From Lenisia limosa (taxonomy: Eukaryota > Protista > Breviatea): a DNA stretch of 41,237 bases. The notes under the pieces are model-generated. The model searched no databases and had not been told where the DNA came from. It was given only the letters and a program-made list of their open reading frames with translations. Below, piece after piece: positions 24,484 to 35,382 of this stretch. The stretch lies in the NCBI GenBank assembly GCA_001655205.1, contig LPNZ01003216.1, positions 1-41,237 of the forward strand. The letters are read 5' to 3'. The stretch's first letter is position 1. Each line of letters begins with the position of its first letter. A program made the translations under genes and the position numbers.

Positions 24484-27400
24484 ATGGACTTCATCAACCT
24501 AAACTCCTGTATGTCTCTGCTTGGGGGGAGGTTCTGGCTGGTTGGAATAGCTTTTTTCCTCTTTTTGTTCATGCTTGTTGATTTCGTCCCCCCACCCGCT
24601 TTATTTTAACTCTTTTTTTTTGTTAGAGAGACATAGATATCTTGAATAAAACATGATACTGGTGAAAAAAGTAGTGTGTATCTTTTCATGGTCTATTATC
24701 CTCTTATAACAATGATCGTGTAGACCCAGCAACCCTCATCAAAGGCACCCCCAGAGACAGACCTCGTGTTCCTTACCCCGACCGGCCGCCGTTCCCCTCT
24801 AATCCCCACCTTGACNNNNNNNNNNNNNNNNNNNNNNNNNNNNNNNNNNNNNNNNNNNNNNNNNNNNNNNNNNNNNNNNNNNNNNNNNNNNNNNNNNNNN
24901 NNNNNNNNNNNNNNNNNNNNNNNNNNNNNNNNNNNNNNNNNNNNNNNNAAGGTGGCAGACGGAGATATTGTTTTTGGTCAAAGCAGCTGGTAGAAATTCT
25001 TCCATTCACAAAGATAGCATCATTATAACTAGGGCCTCACTTCGGTTCGAAAAAAAACCGATAAAAATATCGATAGTTTTCGAGCTTTTATCGAGAATTC
25101 AGTCTTTCAAAGTGAAGCCCTAATTATAACCTGTACAGCGACTTCGTCGCGCACGCAGGTTCCCTCTACTAAACTTGCGCCACTCGGACTTGGAACACTC
25201 TCTGACGCCGAAGAGGTTCCCATTTCACCCCAAAAGGTTGACATTTGTCAAGACTTGGAGATCAAGGTAAATTGCCTTCTTGTTTCTGGTTCCTTTCCTT
25301 GAAACAGGCAATAATTTTGACACTGCAGATGTCAACAGAACCCAAGAAATCGCCCTTCGTTGTACCCACTCATCAAGCCCAAGAGTGGCAACAAAAGAAC
25401 TGGCAAGACACACCCGTCCATGCCGCTCCTCAACAGCAGATTCCCCAAGCCTGTAAGCTGTTGTTAGTGAGTCTTGATTGATTTTAACCAGCCTTAGACC
25501 AAAATATTCAACAAACACCAAACCGAATCCTGAAGCCAACGAACGCACGACCAATGGTGAGAAATATGCAAATTGATAGACTCTTGGAAATCATTAACAT
25601 TGCAATGCTATGCCAATGCTATATTTTCTCTTATCTTTTTTTTTTTACATCATATCATATGATAATACAGTCACATTTTTAGCCCCATGATGAAGGTCTT
25701 CTACCACACCCCTGTCAAAGATCGCCCTCTGAGATCAAAAATGTGTTCCCTAGACCCCTCATGCCCCCTCAAAGTCAGAAAATTTGTTCATGTTTCTTGA
25801 TGACGTGTTCACCTCTGTCCGCGGTATGTCTCTAATGGTACCAGACAGTCGACACTTGTATTACGCAGTCTCTTTGAATCAAACGGCCAACATGATGAAG
25901 ATCCTCTTTCAAGACGTATGTTGCAGATTGGTACCTTGTGATTGTATTGTCTCCTCTCACCACCCAGCACACCAGTCCAAACTACGCTGAGCCTTCTGAT
26001 GGAGTTTGGGGGATGGTTTTCTCTTTCCCTCTCCAAAATTTGATATGATATACTATTTGAAGTTAACAATGGAATGAGCAAAATACATATCATATATTGT
26101 GGAAAATTAGTCTTTGTATTGTGTTTTATTTTTTCATAGATTTCCAATTTCACCCCCCCCCCNNNNNNNNNNNNNNNNNNNNNNNNNNNNNNNNNNNNNN
26201 NNNNNNNNNNNNNNNNNNNNNNNNNNNNNNNNNNNNNNNNNNNNNNNNNNNNNNNNNNNNNNNNNNNAGATTATTGCTTCAAGCAGGAGGAAATCCTAAT
26301 GCACAGGTTTGTTAATGAAATTGGGTTCAGTATTACAAACAATTTTCACTGACCGTGATAAGACCTGATACATTTGACTTATTGCGATCAGTGACGGTAA
26401 TATTATATCATATGATATTATATTATATCGTCTACTGTACTTATACAGAGTATATGATATGTTTACGAATGATGATATTTTACATTTTGTATGATATAGA
26501 GACAGTCTATCATAATATGATATGTATTAGTATACCATATTATGCATAATAGTATTAATATATTATGTATGAACATATAAATGAAATGCATATTATAATT
26601 TTTTTTAATAAATCCAACATGTCTAATGTCATGATCAAGGATAATTACGGTTTCACACCGCTGCACTATGCCGTCCGTCATTGCTCGGCCAACGCTGTCT
26701 GGCTTTTGGTCTCTTACGGCGCTTCTCTCTACGACTATGATAACCTTGACCTTGACTACTCCCCTGATATGGTATGCCTTGTGATGTACGTTTTTAATAT
26801 CCTCTGATATGGTATGCCTTGTGATGTAATTTTTTAGTATCCGCTACTCATTCTGCTGAGGGATTACTTATCGTTGAATCAACAAACGGAAGTAACATTC
26901 TAGGAGACACACAGGCAATTCAACCTCATGAATGCGGGCGCCATGATCCAAACCAACTGTAAGCCGTTGTCAGCTGAGTACCTTGCTGCTGTCTGTGACC
27001 AAAACAGAAGACCGATGATGGCCAAAATCATGAAGTTCATGTTGGTGGTGTTTTTTAAACACTCCGTCTTTTCGCAATTTATATTAGAATTTGGTAATAT
27101 CTTTCATAGGAACGTCATTTATTTCATGAACTCCCTCCAGGCTGGAGCATTGCCCTTCCCTCACAATGCCCATTGTCAATACAATGAAAGATGCGTTTGC
27201 TATGCTCCGAGACTCACGAGACATCCCGAGGTTGATATTTGACCCCAATGCACCACGGCCGCTTTGCTTCAACCTTGGCGCATCATTCGACCTTCCAAAT
27301 GAACTACCAGAGTAGGTTTCATCCCGTCTTTCCCTTCATTATGCTTCCCTATGATCTACAGTATTTGTCCCTCTAGCATTAATGATGTAGGAATTGGGCC

Positions 27401-28167
27401 AGCGACAGTAGCCATCACCCTGTCTATGGCCCTAGTGTCTACCCTCTTTCTCCTCTTGAAATTATGATGGCCATTCCTGCAAAGTGAGGACTGATTGTTA
27501 TCATTGCTTGTGACAATTTAGGTATTGGTCTGACCAACGAAAACTCACTCTCAATGATATTTTCATGAACTTGCCTTTTGAACGAGTAGGTTTGGCTATT
27601 ATTGGCAAATTCATATCATAGAGCTATGTAATATATCGATACTATATCATATCATATCCTATAATACTAGTACTAGTACTATATGATATGCATAATATAT
27701 CATATCACTTTTTGGATCATTTTCACACATGTGAACTATCATTTCCACGCAGTGATATGATACCTCATATCCACTCGTATGATAATTGACCGACAAGTCT
27801 CAATGATACTCTGATACATCGGGATGAACCCTCGAAAGTCGGTCATATGATCATATCACTAGTGGTCAACGTATACATATATTATACATTTATTGGTGCT
27901 TGAATATTGCACGTAACTGATCTCTTATTCTTTTAGGATGAAATGCTGCGGATGCAGAAAGCTGTTCAAGCCAACCAGTGGATCAAGGATACTCCAATAA
28001 GCAACTCGGTAGTCAATCAATTACCATTATATAAACTATCTTTCTCAACCTTTTTTATCTTGCAGAAATCAACCACCCCGGCGGCACATTTCTGGGAGAC
28101 CAAGAGTGAATTCTTTGGGCTGTTACGGCAGTTGGACTTTACCTTGTCACAACGTCTGAGGATATAA
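24484..28167 (+). CDS. Ankyrin-repeat protein, multi-exon
   Basis: MDFINLNS|YPATLIKGTPRDRP start; LLLQAGGNPNAQ|DNYGFTPLHYAVRHCSANAVWLLVSYGASLYDYD is a clear ankyrin repeat; downstream exons splice in frame. 3' end either TAA 28167 or continuing into 28488-29363. Two N gaps. Confidence 0.75.
25032..25120 (+). mobile_element. MITE-like family 1, intron of ankyrin gene
   Basis: TA|GGGCCTCACTTCGGTTCG ... AAGTGAAGCCC|TA, TA duplication on both sides. Confidence 0.85.
26346..26394. mobile_element. Short inverted-repeat element, possibly family-2 related
   Basis: TCACTGACCGTGATAAG ... CTTATTGCGATCAGTGA (14/17 inverted match); intronic. Confidence 0.45.
27745..27865. mobile_element. MITE-like family 3 (CCACGCAGTGATATGAT termini), intronic
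   Basis: CCACGCAGTGATATGAT ... ATCATATCACTAGTGG; homologous in inverted orientation to 28642-28769; no clear target duplication. Confidence 0.7.
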
Positions 28168-28487
28168 AAGGATATGACGGGTACCTCAAGTACAAGGGAT
28201 TCTTTCGACCATTTCACAATGCCTTCCAACCTAGTACACTATAATTATACTATATGATATGTATACTATCATATGATAGTTTATATCATAAGCTTTTCCA
28301 ATTATTTAATTTTTGTGCTATTTTTTGAAATTACTCAAAGTTGTAGAATTTAGTTTAGAAAGGAAAAAACTGAAAATTCTTACGCTTGAGGTACCCATTT
28401 TCTTATGATGTTTGTGATCTCGTGTTTTGATCCATACTAACATGTTTGTAAGTTTTGGGCGGTTTCTTCTTACATCATCACCCCCAG

Positions 28488-29363
28488 ATTTGAGAGACGT
28501 TGTAGAGGAAGCCTTCAAAGACTCCTCAGCCTCAGAGACAGCAGCCGACTACCACAGAGAGTTTAATGCCATGTAGGAGGTTATTATGGAGAAGGCTGTT
28601 CCTTGTTTATCGCTTTACTTTTTATCAATGTTGTCTCATATCCACAAGTGATATAATCATATGACCGATTTTTGAGTCAAAATGATGAACGAAGATATCG
28701 AGAGGGGTTCATCTCAAATGTATTCTTGACGGTCAATAGAATACGCGTGGATATGGGACCACTGCGTGTAAAATGGCAGTTCACCGGTGTGAAAATGACC
28801 CAAATAATAGTGATATGCTAGTCATTCCTGCAGGTTGGAGCAAAGAACTAAGGAGGTGTTTGACATTGTCACAAAGTACGAACAAGCCGGCTCCCCAGAA
28901 GTACCACAGGAGCCCCAGAATAAAGTGTGTTTCTGAGGGGCACTGCATCACCTCTCATTATTTGCCCTCTTCATTTCTTCCTAGGGCTTTCACCTCGGTT
29001 CGAACAGTTCCGGTGAAATATCGAAAATTTCGAAGATTTATCGAGATATTTAGTCTTTTTTCGAACCGAAGTGAAGCCATATTTTCTACCCCTCATTTTG
29101 CACTCACACCAAAGCACAAAGACGACAGGAGAGTTCTTCAAGGCGACGCTACCCTTCTTGAGAACCTTGACTGGATCTCAAAATGGGACTCTCTTCCAAA
29201 AAGGTGATAACTGTATTTTCTCTTTGATCGGGTCCGTGATGGTGGGTTACACCGTCATTGCATATGATGATGCATGGTTATGAGTACTTTCTTTGTTGCT
29301 TCTACTACTACATGGACCAGCTTTGGCTTTGGCCTTGTACTGATACGCACTCAGCCTTGGTAG
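28488..29363 (+). CDS. Hypothetical coding exons (3' extension of the ankyrin gene or a separate gene)
   Basis: LRDVVEEAFKDSSASETAADYHREFNAM|LEQRTKEVFDIVTKYEQAGSPEVPQEPQNK splices in frame across GT-AG introns that hold MITEs; later exons ambiguous. Confidence 0.4.
28642..28769. mobile_element. MITE-like family 3, second copy
   Basis: CCACAAGTGATATAATCATATGACCGA ... GGTCAATAGAATACGCGTGGATATGGGACCACTGCGTG. Confidence 0.65.
28984..29079 (+). mobile_element. MITE-like family 1
   Basis: TA|GGGCTTTCACCTCGGTTCGAA ... TTCGAACCGAAGTGAAGCC. Confidence 0.85.
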
Positions 29364-30087
29364 CCTTGGCGACTGGCTAAATCGTTCCTCCCCCACTCAC
29401 CTTCTCAGAGCCATGATGGAAGAAGGTCACCAGTCGGAGTATGTGGTATCCTGTCGAGGGTTGAAAGGAGCACGTCAGCGCCTTGCTTCACAGGATTTTA
29501 CAGACTATTTCTAAGCCGTTTTCGTTTTTTTTTTTTTGTACACTTGTAATTTGCATCTGTTTGATTTGTTTCTTCATGGATTTCTTCTTAGACCTTTATA
29601 GTAAACAAGAGGGTGATTTATCACGTTCACCATGCAAAGATTCAACATTATCAACATTGTCAGATTGGGTTGACTAACAATGGGTGTTCTCTTTCGGTTT
29701 TCTTTGGGTCCTTTTGTGCTTTTCTCTTGATCCTCCGATTCGCTTCCCCGGGTCACCCAGGCGTCAAGTGCCGAGATCAATGACCCTGAATCGCGGTACG
29801 ATTTGGGAACGATATGCAAAATGGCGGGGTGGGGGGGGNNNNNNNNNNNNNNNNNNNNNNNNNNNNNNNNNNNNNNNNNNNNNNNNNNNNNNNNNNNNNN
29901 NNNNNNNNNNNNNNNNNNNNNNNNNNNNNNNTTTCTTTTTGTTTTTTTTTCAGAAAAAAAATTAAAATACAAAATTGAAATAATAAAAATCATAGTCATA
30001 AAAGGACAGCGAATAGGGATAGTTTGGTAGCATCCTTCCTCCCCAGTCCCCCACTTGCTACCTTGTTCTTGTCACCCCCCCCCCGCA

Positions 30088-32287
30088 ATGTTGGATGGAG
30101 AACGGTGCTTCACGGCTAACGAGGGAGTTTCCTTCACTACAAAGGATGTCACGATCGGCTACATTTCGTTTAAAGTTGGGGGATAGTTAACGGGTATAAG
30201 GAATCTTGTGTGGGAGGGAGAGAGGGTCAACAAACAAATGAGAATAAATTGCCATAAAGGTGCTCTTGGGATTGCTCTCTTATCACATTTTTATTGCTCT
30301 CTTATCTCATTTTTATTTTTAAAGTAACGAGGATTATTATTTTGAGTTACCAAAATCAAAGAAAGAAAATGATATGTTGCAATATTGCCTTTGTGTGGAG
30401 TAGGGCACCTGTAGGGGTACAAAGCAGCTTCTGATTTTCTCAGATTGATGAAGGTGAACAGTTTTCAGGCAATAACTTTTATGCTGAAAAGACTGGGTAA
30501 GCTTCAGCAAAGTTGCTGTCTCAGAATGCTGTGTCTGGATTAGATTGGGACTATCAATACAATTCTATTCTCTTGATTCACCGTTACTTACTATGCTGCA
30601 TTTATTGCCCCTTCCTTCCTAATAGACTACCCTCCTTTGACCCGCCCCCCAGGCTTTTTGTTTGGCCTGCTGCTAACATTTTGGGACAGTTCCTGGAGAG
30701 ATTTCCCCAGGTATTTGTTGGGTAAGGCTTCACTTCGGTTCGGGAAAATATCGATAGTTTTCGAGGATTTATCGAGAAATTCAGTCTTTTTTGAACCGAA
30801 GTGAAGCCCAAGGTATATGACCTCTCATGAATCAATAGGGGGGGTGTATTTGTTTGGGAATGACGGCTGACATTTTCAGCTTCTTTGTGGAACTGAGGCA
30901 GTGGAACTTGGCGCTGGAGTCGGCATTTCAGGTGAAAGAGAAATGTCACTACCAGTGATTTGTTGCAATGCCCCATACATTAGAGTCAGTCGCGCTCTAT
31001 TTATCAGAACTGTGTAGTGTACTACGATGTACATATTTCCCTTCTAAGTAACAGTACATCCTTTTGGTATTAATAGAAGAGGCAAGGAATGACATTGATA
31101 GGAATTGTTGCAGCCTATGCGCAGCCACGCCATCTTGTACTCACGGATGGTGTGCCTCTTGCTGTTGACCTTCTGCGGAGGAATGTCATGAAGAACGGAC
31201 TTGGTAAGGAGTTGCCTCATATTATTGGAACTGGGTTCTCAGCTGATAGAAAAATTCACTTTGGCTTGATTCTCATTTCTGACATAATCTGGGAATCCAA
31301 CATGTGTTTAGATTTTTGGCTTATTTTTGCTGATCACTCAGAGGGCGTGGATTGCAGAGTGCTGGACTGGGCAGATCCACAACCAAGAACAACTTTAGAT
31401 ATGCATCATGGAGTAGAGGTTCTCTTTGGAAGGTGACGAACGTTATTTGCTGATGTTAAGCAATATTATGAAATATGACCACCAACATCCATATATTCGT
31501 ATGATGATTATATATCATTGGTGCAACATGATATATTGGCTTTTTTCCCTGAAAAGCCAAAATTATTATGTTGTCCATGATATGGCTCTTTTCCCATTTC
31601 TCTAAACTGATCGCAAAGTGACCTGGTGTGGCAGTATGAGCCCATGGATATCTTGTTCGCTTGTGTGTCAAAAACCCTTGCGGCTGATGGGGTGTTCTAC
31701 CTGGCTTTTATCCCAAGAAGCCAGTTCCTTGAAGTTAGTCACATTTTTATGATGCTTCAAATCTGTCATTTCTCAACTAATTTCCAGGACTGCTTGTTTG
31801 AGATCTCAAGTCGATATGGGCTGACACACAGAGTATGTTGGTGCCATTTGCTTCGGAAAGGGGAGTGGGAGGAAACCAATGGCATTCTTGATTATGANNN
31901 NNNNNNNNNNNNNNNNNNNNNNNNNNNNNNNNNNNNNNNNNNNNNNNNNNNNNNNNNNNNNNNNNNNNNNTCAGTTTTGGGTTTAAAAATACAAAAAAAC
32001 CATTTCAAGAAGAAAGCAGAGTAAAAATATCAGCACCCACACTATTCGACAAGTTTTCATTTTGCTAACTGTACTTGGATTATGATGTTTGAGCTCACCC
32101 CCCCCCCCCANNNNNNNNNNNNNNNNNNNNNNNNNNNNNNNNNNNNNNNNNNNNNNNNNNNNNNNNNNNNNNNNNNNNNNNNNNNNNNNNNNNNNGTGAG
32201 ATCTATGCCTTCCATTTCAAAGGAACCACACCCAGTACCTGGACTACACCCTTCAATCAGAACATTGTGTCAACAATACTCTTGTAA
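30088..32287 (+). CDS. Class I SAM-dependent methyltransferase, family 16 (METTL21/METTL23/EEF2KMT-like protein lysine MTase)
   Basis: Spliced motifs LFVWPAANILGQFLERFPQ|LLCGTEAVELGAGVGISG|IVAAYAQPRHLVLTDG...LLRRNVMKNG|VDCRVLDWAD...VLFGSDLVWQY; stop TAA 32287; 5' end uncertain (possible exon ~29760-29828). Confidence 0.85.
30725..30809 (+). mobile_element. MITE-like family 1, intron of methyltransferase gene
   Basis: TA|AGGCTTCACTTCGGTTCGGGAAAA ... TTTTTTGAACCGAAGTGAAGCCC. Confidence 0.85.
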
Positions 32288-32416
32288 CGGTTGAGGTTTA
32301 TGGTTGCTGATTTTAGTTCTGACGTAAATGCAGATGATGATACTGCGTACAGGACAAAAATATTGGGGAAACAACGGAACATAAATACATCGTGGGATGG
32401 AAGAGAGACAGAAAAG

Positions 32417-34999
32417 CTAAGGAAGTACCTTGTTGCCATATTTGGGGTTGCCATACTCAGCCCAACTGCCATCATAAAGAGCTAGAGACGTTATATTATA
32501 CAAATAATATGTTTGCATAGGGATACGAACACGAAACGCTCCAATCCATCCCACCGAAGTTGGACCCTCCGGCCGCCTTGATCGCCAGAGCCACGACTGC
32601 AGCAGACACGCCGGAGCCGCAGGAGGTAATGGTTGGCTTGGAGATGGACACGCCGACACGTGCCAAATGCTGGAGGGTTACCGGACCCCAAAACTCAGCC
32701 AATTCCTTCGAAACTCTGAAATATTTCTGTAAGAAAAGCTATTTTTTAAAAGTTGATTGCAAAGGGCCCTACTTCATACGAACTTTACAACATGTAAAAG
32801 ACTAGAGAAAGATGGTAGTCCTTGTGAGCAGGTCCTTTTAACCAAGTAAAAACGTTTATTACTTATTCATTGAGCAGGGTTACAAATGCCCCACTAACCT
32901 GAGCCAGCTCCGGGCCTTGGAGGAGACAAGGGTACGAGGCAATCGGATCAAAAAGGGACCTGCGGGAGGGTAAATGAAGGAGATTTCGTTGAAGAATATT
33001 ATCACACAGCTTTGTTGTCTGTATTATTTTGTGCTGAATAGTGACTTCTGTTTTTTTTTTGCTTTGGAGTTTTTGCAATATTCGGTTGTGATTAGCAAAT
33101 GAACAACATCCACTTACAAAATACAACCATAGCGCTTAGAGAAACCAAGTAAAAAAGAAAATTTATGAGACAGAAAAAAACCCTCAAAATCAACTTGATC
33201 GCTCCATGTACTGAACCCACATGAAAGGCACTGATGTTGATTCAGGCATGTGTCCCTTATGCAGTCCTGGGCGAGGCTCTCTAAACGGTCAAATACGCAG
33301 CTCTATAATAATGAAACTGGCTTTTTGGAGAATATGTATTTGTACATATACTGAACACTAAATTATTCACATTATCAAAAACCACTAAAATGACGAAATG
33401 TTGTGATCCAAGACTTATGGGTCAGGACTTATCTCGTTCAGTGTATGTGTATTCAAATTTCGCATCCACCCACATCCACCATTATTATATTTCTTGAAAT
33501 ACCCCCCACTCTTCAAGTCCCTCAAATCTGGGGCCTGGACGTCCATCAAGAATCTGAATTTTGCCCTAAGATCATAAAAACTTATATCATATAATATACT
33601 ATATAATATATTTATGAGTGTGTGTGTGTGTATCATAAATAAGTGAATTGATATCCCAGCTGCCCCCCCCCCCCCCNNNNNNNNNNNNNNNNNNNNNNNN
33701 NNNNNNNNNNNNNNNNNNNNNNNNNNNNNNNNNNNNNNNNNNNNNNNNNNNNNNNNNNNNNNNNNNNNNNNNNNNNNNNNNNNNNNNNNGGACCTGATTT
33801 ATGATTGTCTAGAAATAAATTCAGATTGGAGTTAACATCCACCCGGAGAGATAAACTATTGCGAGAAAATACGGACAAAAGCTTCAGTTCACTGATTTAA
33901 AAAGAATCGATACGCTGTGAATAGTTCAGCTACGAAAACAAAATCAACAGGAGGCAATCGAAGACATACCGCAACTCCAGTGTCGCGTTGGGTGTGGTCA
34001 TTGCTTTCCGATACGCCGCCGTCAGCCTCCAACCAGGCAGGCATGCCGCCATTGAGGACTGAAACGTTGTGGTGGCCAAAGAGACGGAATGTATACCACA
34101 CCCTGCGTGGTTAATCTTGCTGATTTAGAGACGATTTATTCACTGCCGACCTTGGAGCCGAGAACATTCCATGACCGTCATAAATGACGACAGGCTCGCG
34201 ACTGTCCTTGACTCCCATCTCGGAACTGAACCGACGGAACTGCTCTAACGACGGAAACATGTGTGGAAGCTCATCTAGACCGTGAACTGTGAAGATACTG
34301 CTACAGCCTTGTCTTTGCTCCTGGCTGAAGAATTTAACACCTCCACTTTTACAAATTAATGAAAGAAACTACTATTTCCAGAAAATAGAAGACTACTCCA
34401 AGAAGTCCAAAGGACTTTATTCTTCAATAGTTTCAGAGAAGGTAATTTGTGACTAATAAATATTGTTCGCTTGAAGCTGAGGATAATACCAAAATATATT
34501 TGAGTTGCCACCAACCATGGGGAGAAGAAAACTCGTCAAGGGGCCAGAAACGAGCACCTGGGATACAACGCTCATCGAACTCGGCCTCCGCGTTCCTGTT
34601 GGATGGTGATTAATATTATGTAGAGAAAGCAATAATAATGAGAATTCAAAAAATAAAACAAAGCAAACTTTATATCATCAAGTTTTCTATCCTATCTAAT
34701 AAAATCAAAGTACGTGAAAAGGTTCTACTTTGATTCTCTTCTACCTTTCCATTTTGGGGAGGTACCATGACGCATCAATCACCTGAATATGAGTAAATCT
34801 GTGCTTTTGGCCAAAATGGAGAGATAGAAGTCTTCATGGAATATTACCTACTCTAACAGACGCAAGATGGCTCTTCAGCCATGAAGCGGAGACAAGGGGG
34901 CGGGGAAGAGTCACCGCTGATAACGTAATCAAAAGACCTTCATAAAAATCCAAGCTAATCCCTCTTCCTACCCTTCATCAATGCACCTGCCTTCATCAT
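32417..34999 (-). CDS. MPST: Two-domain rhodanese, 3-mercaptopyruvate/thiosulfate sulfurtransferase
   Basis: Spliced: PLVSASWLKSHLASVR|VIDASWYLPKMER|NAEAEFDERCIPGARFW...|DELPHMFPS...VVIYDGHGMFSAPR|VWYTFRLFGHHNVSVLNGGMPAW; QILDGRPGPRFEG..EPRPGLHKGHMP; active loop ITSCGSGVSAAV; LYDGSWAEYG. Stop at 32417 (or 32313 if a last intron is used); start approximate. Confidence 0.92.
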
Positions 35000-35382
35000 T
35001 TTAATCACAGCCACTTATAATGATGATGAAACTGTGAAAAGCAAAAACTGAGCAAAAAGGAAATTCGGGGAATTGTTAAAGCATATAACTCCTGGAGTTT
35101 ATATCCTTCTCAAATCACAAGCTAAATGTTTATCCAACACTATAAAAGCGCCAAAAAATATTAGAAACTAAGATATAAAAGGTATTTCAAAAAGGACTTT
35201 GAATTTACAGCACAAAACGGATGGGATTCTAAGATATGATGACTTTTTACCGTAAAAGGCAAGTCAGTATATTTTTCAATCCCAAAGCCTTTTCGGGGAA
35301 AATAAAAGAGAATATATGACTTGTAATCATATTTCTTTATTACAATCATAAAAACCTTTGATAATTTCTGATAATAGTCAAA
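35000..35382. promoter_or_regulatory. Divergent intergenic region, MPST / Cys-rich gene
   Basis: ~380 bp between divergent starts; contains TTTGGCGC (E2F-like, minus strand, ~35148-35155). Confidence 0.35.

Noticed and set aside
28574-28576. In-frame TAG (EFNAM*EVIMEKA) suggesting TAG=Gln recoding
   Set aside because: AT|GTAGGA is a usable donor that splices in frame to LEQRTKEVF; no in-frame TAA/TAG needed in the MPST, methyltransferase or paralog B exons traced
6986-30809. MITE-like elements as introners (intron-creating transposons)
   Set aside because: Element ends do not coincide with splice sites; they sit inside pre-existing introns
32288-32416. Overlapping 3' ends of methyltransferase and MPST
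   Set aside because: Depends on an unproven last MPST intron; the simpler model stops at 32417 leaving ~130 bp
1305-33789. Regularly sized N blocks as a spacer/array pattern; CRISPR, tRNA or rRNA
   Set aside because: N blocks are scaffold gaps, mostly next to G/C homopolymers; no repeat-spacer array or structured RNA gene recognised
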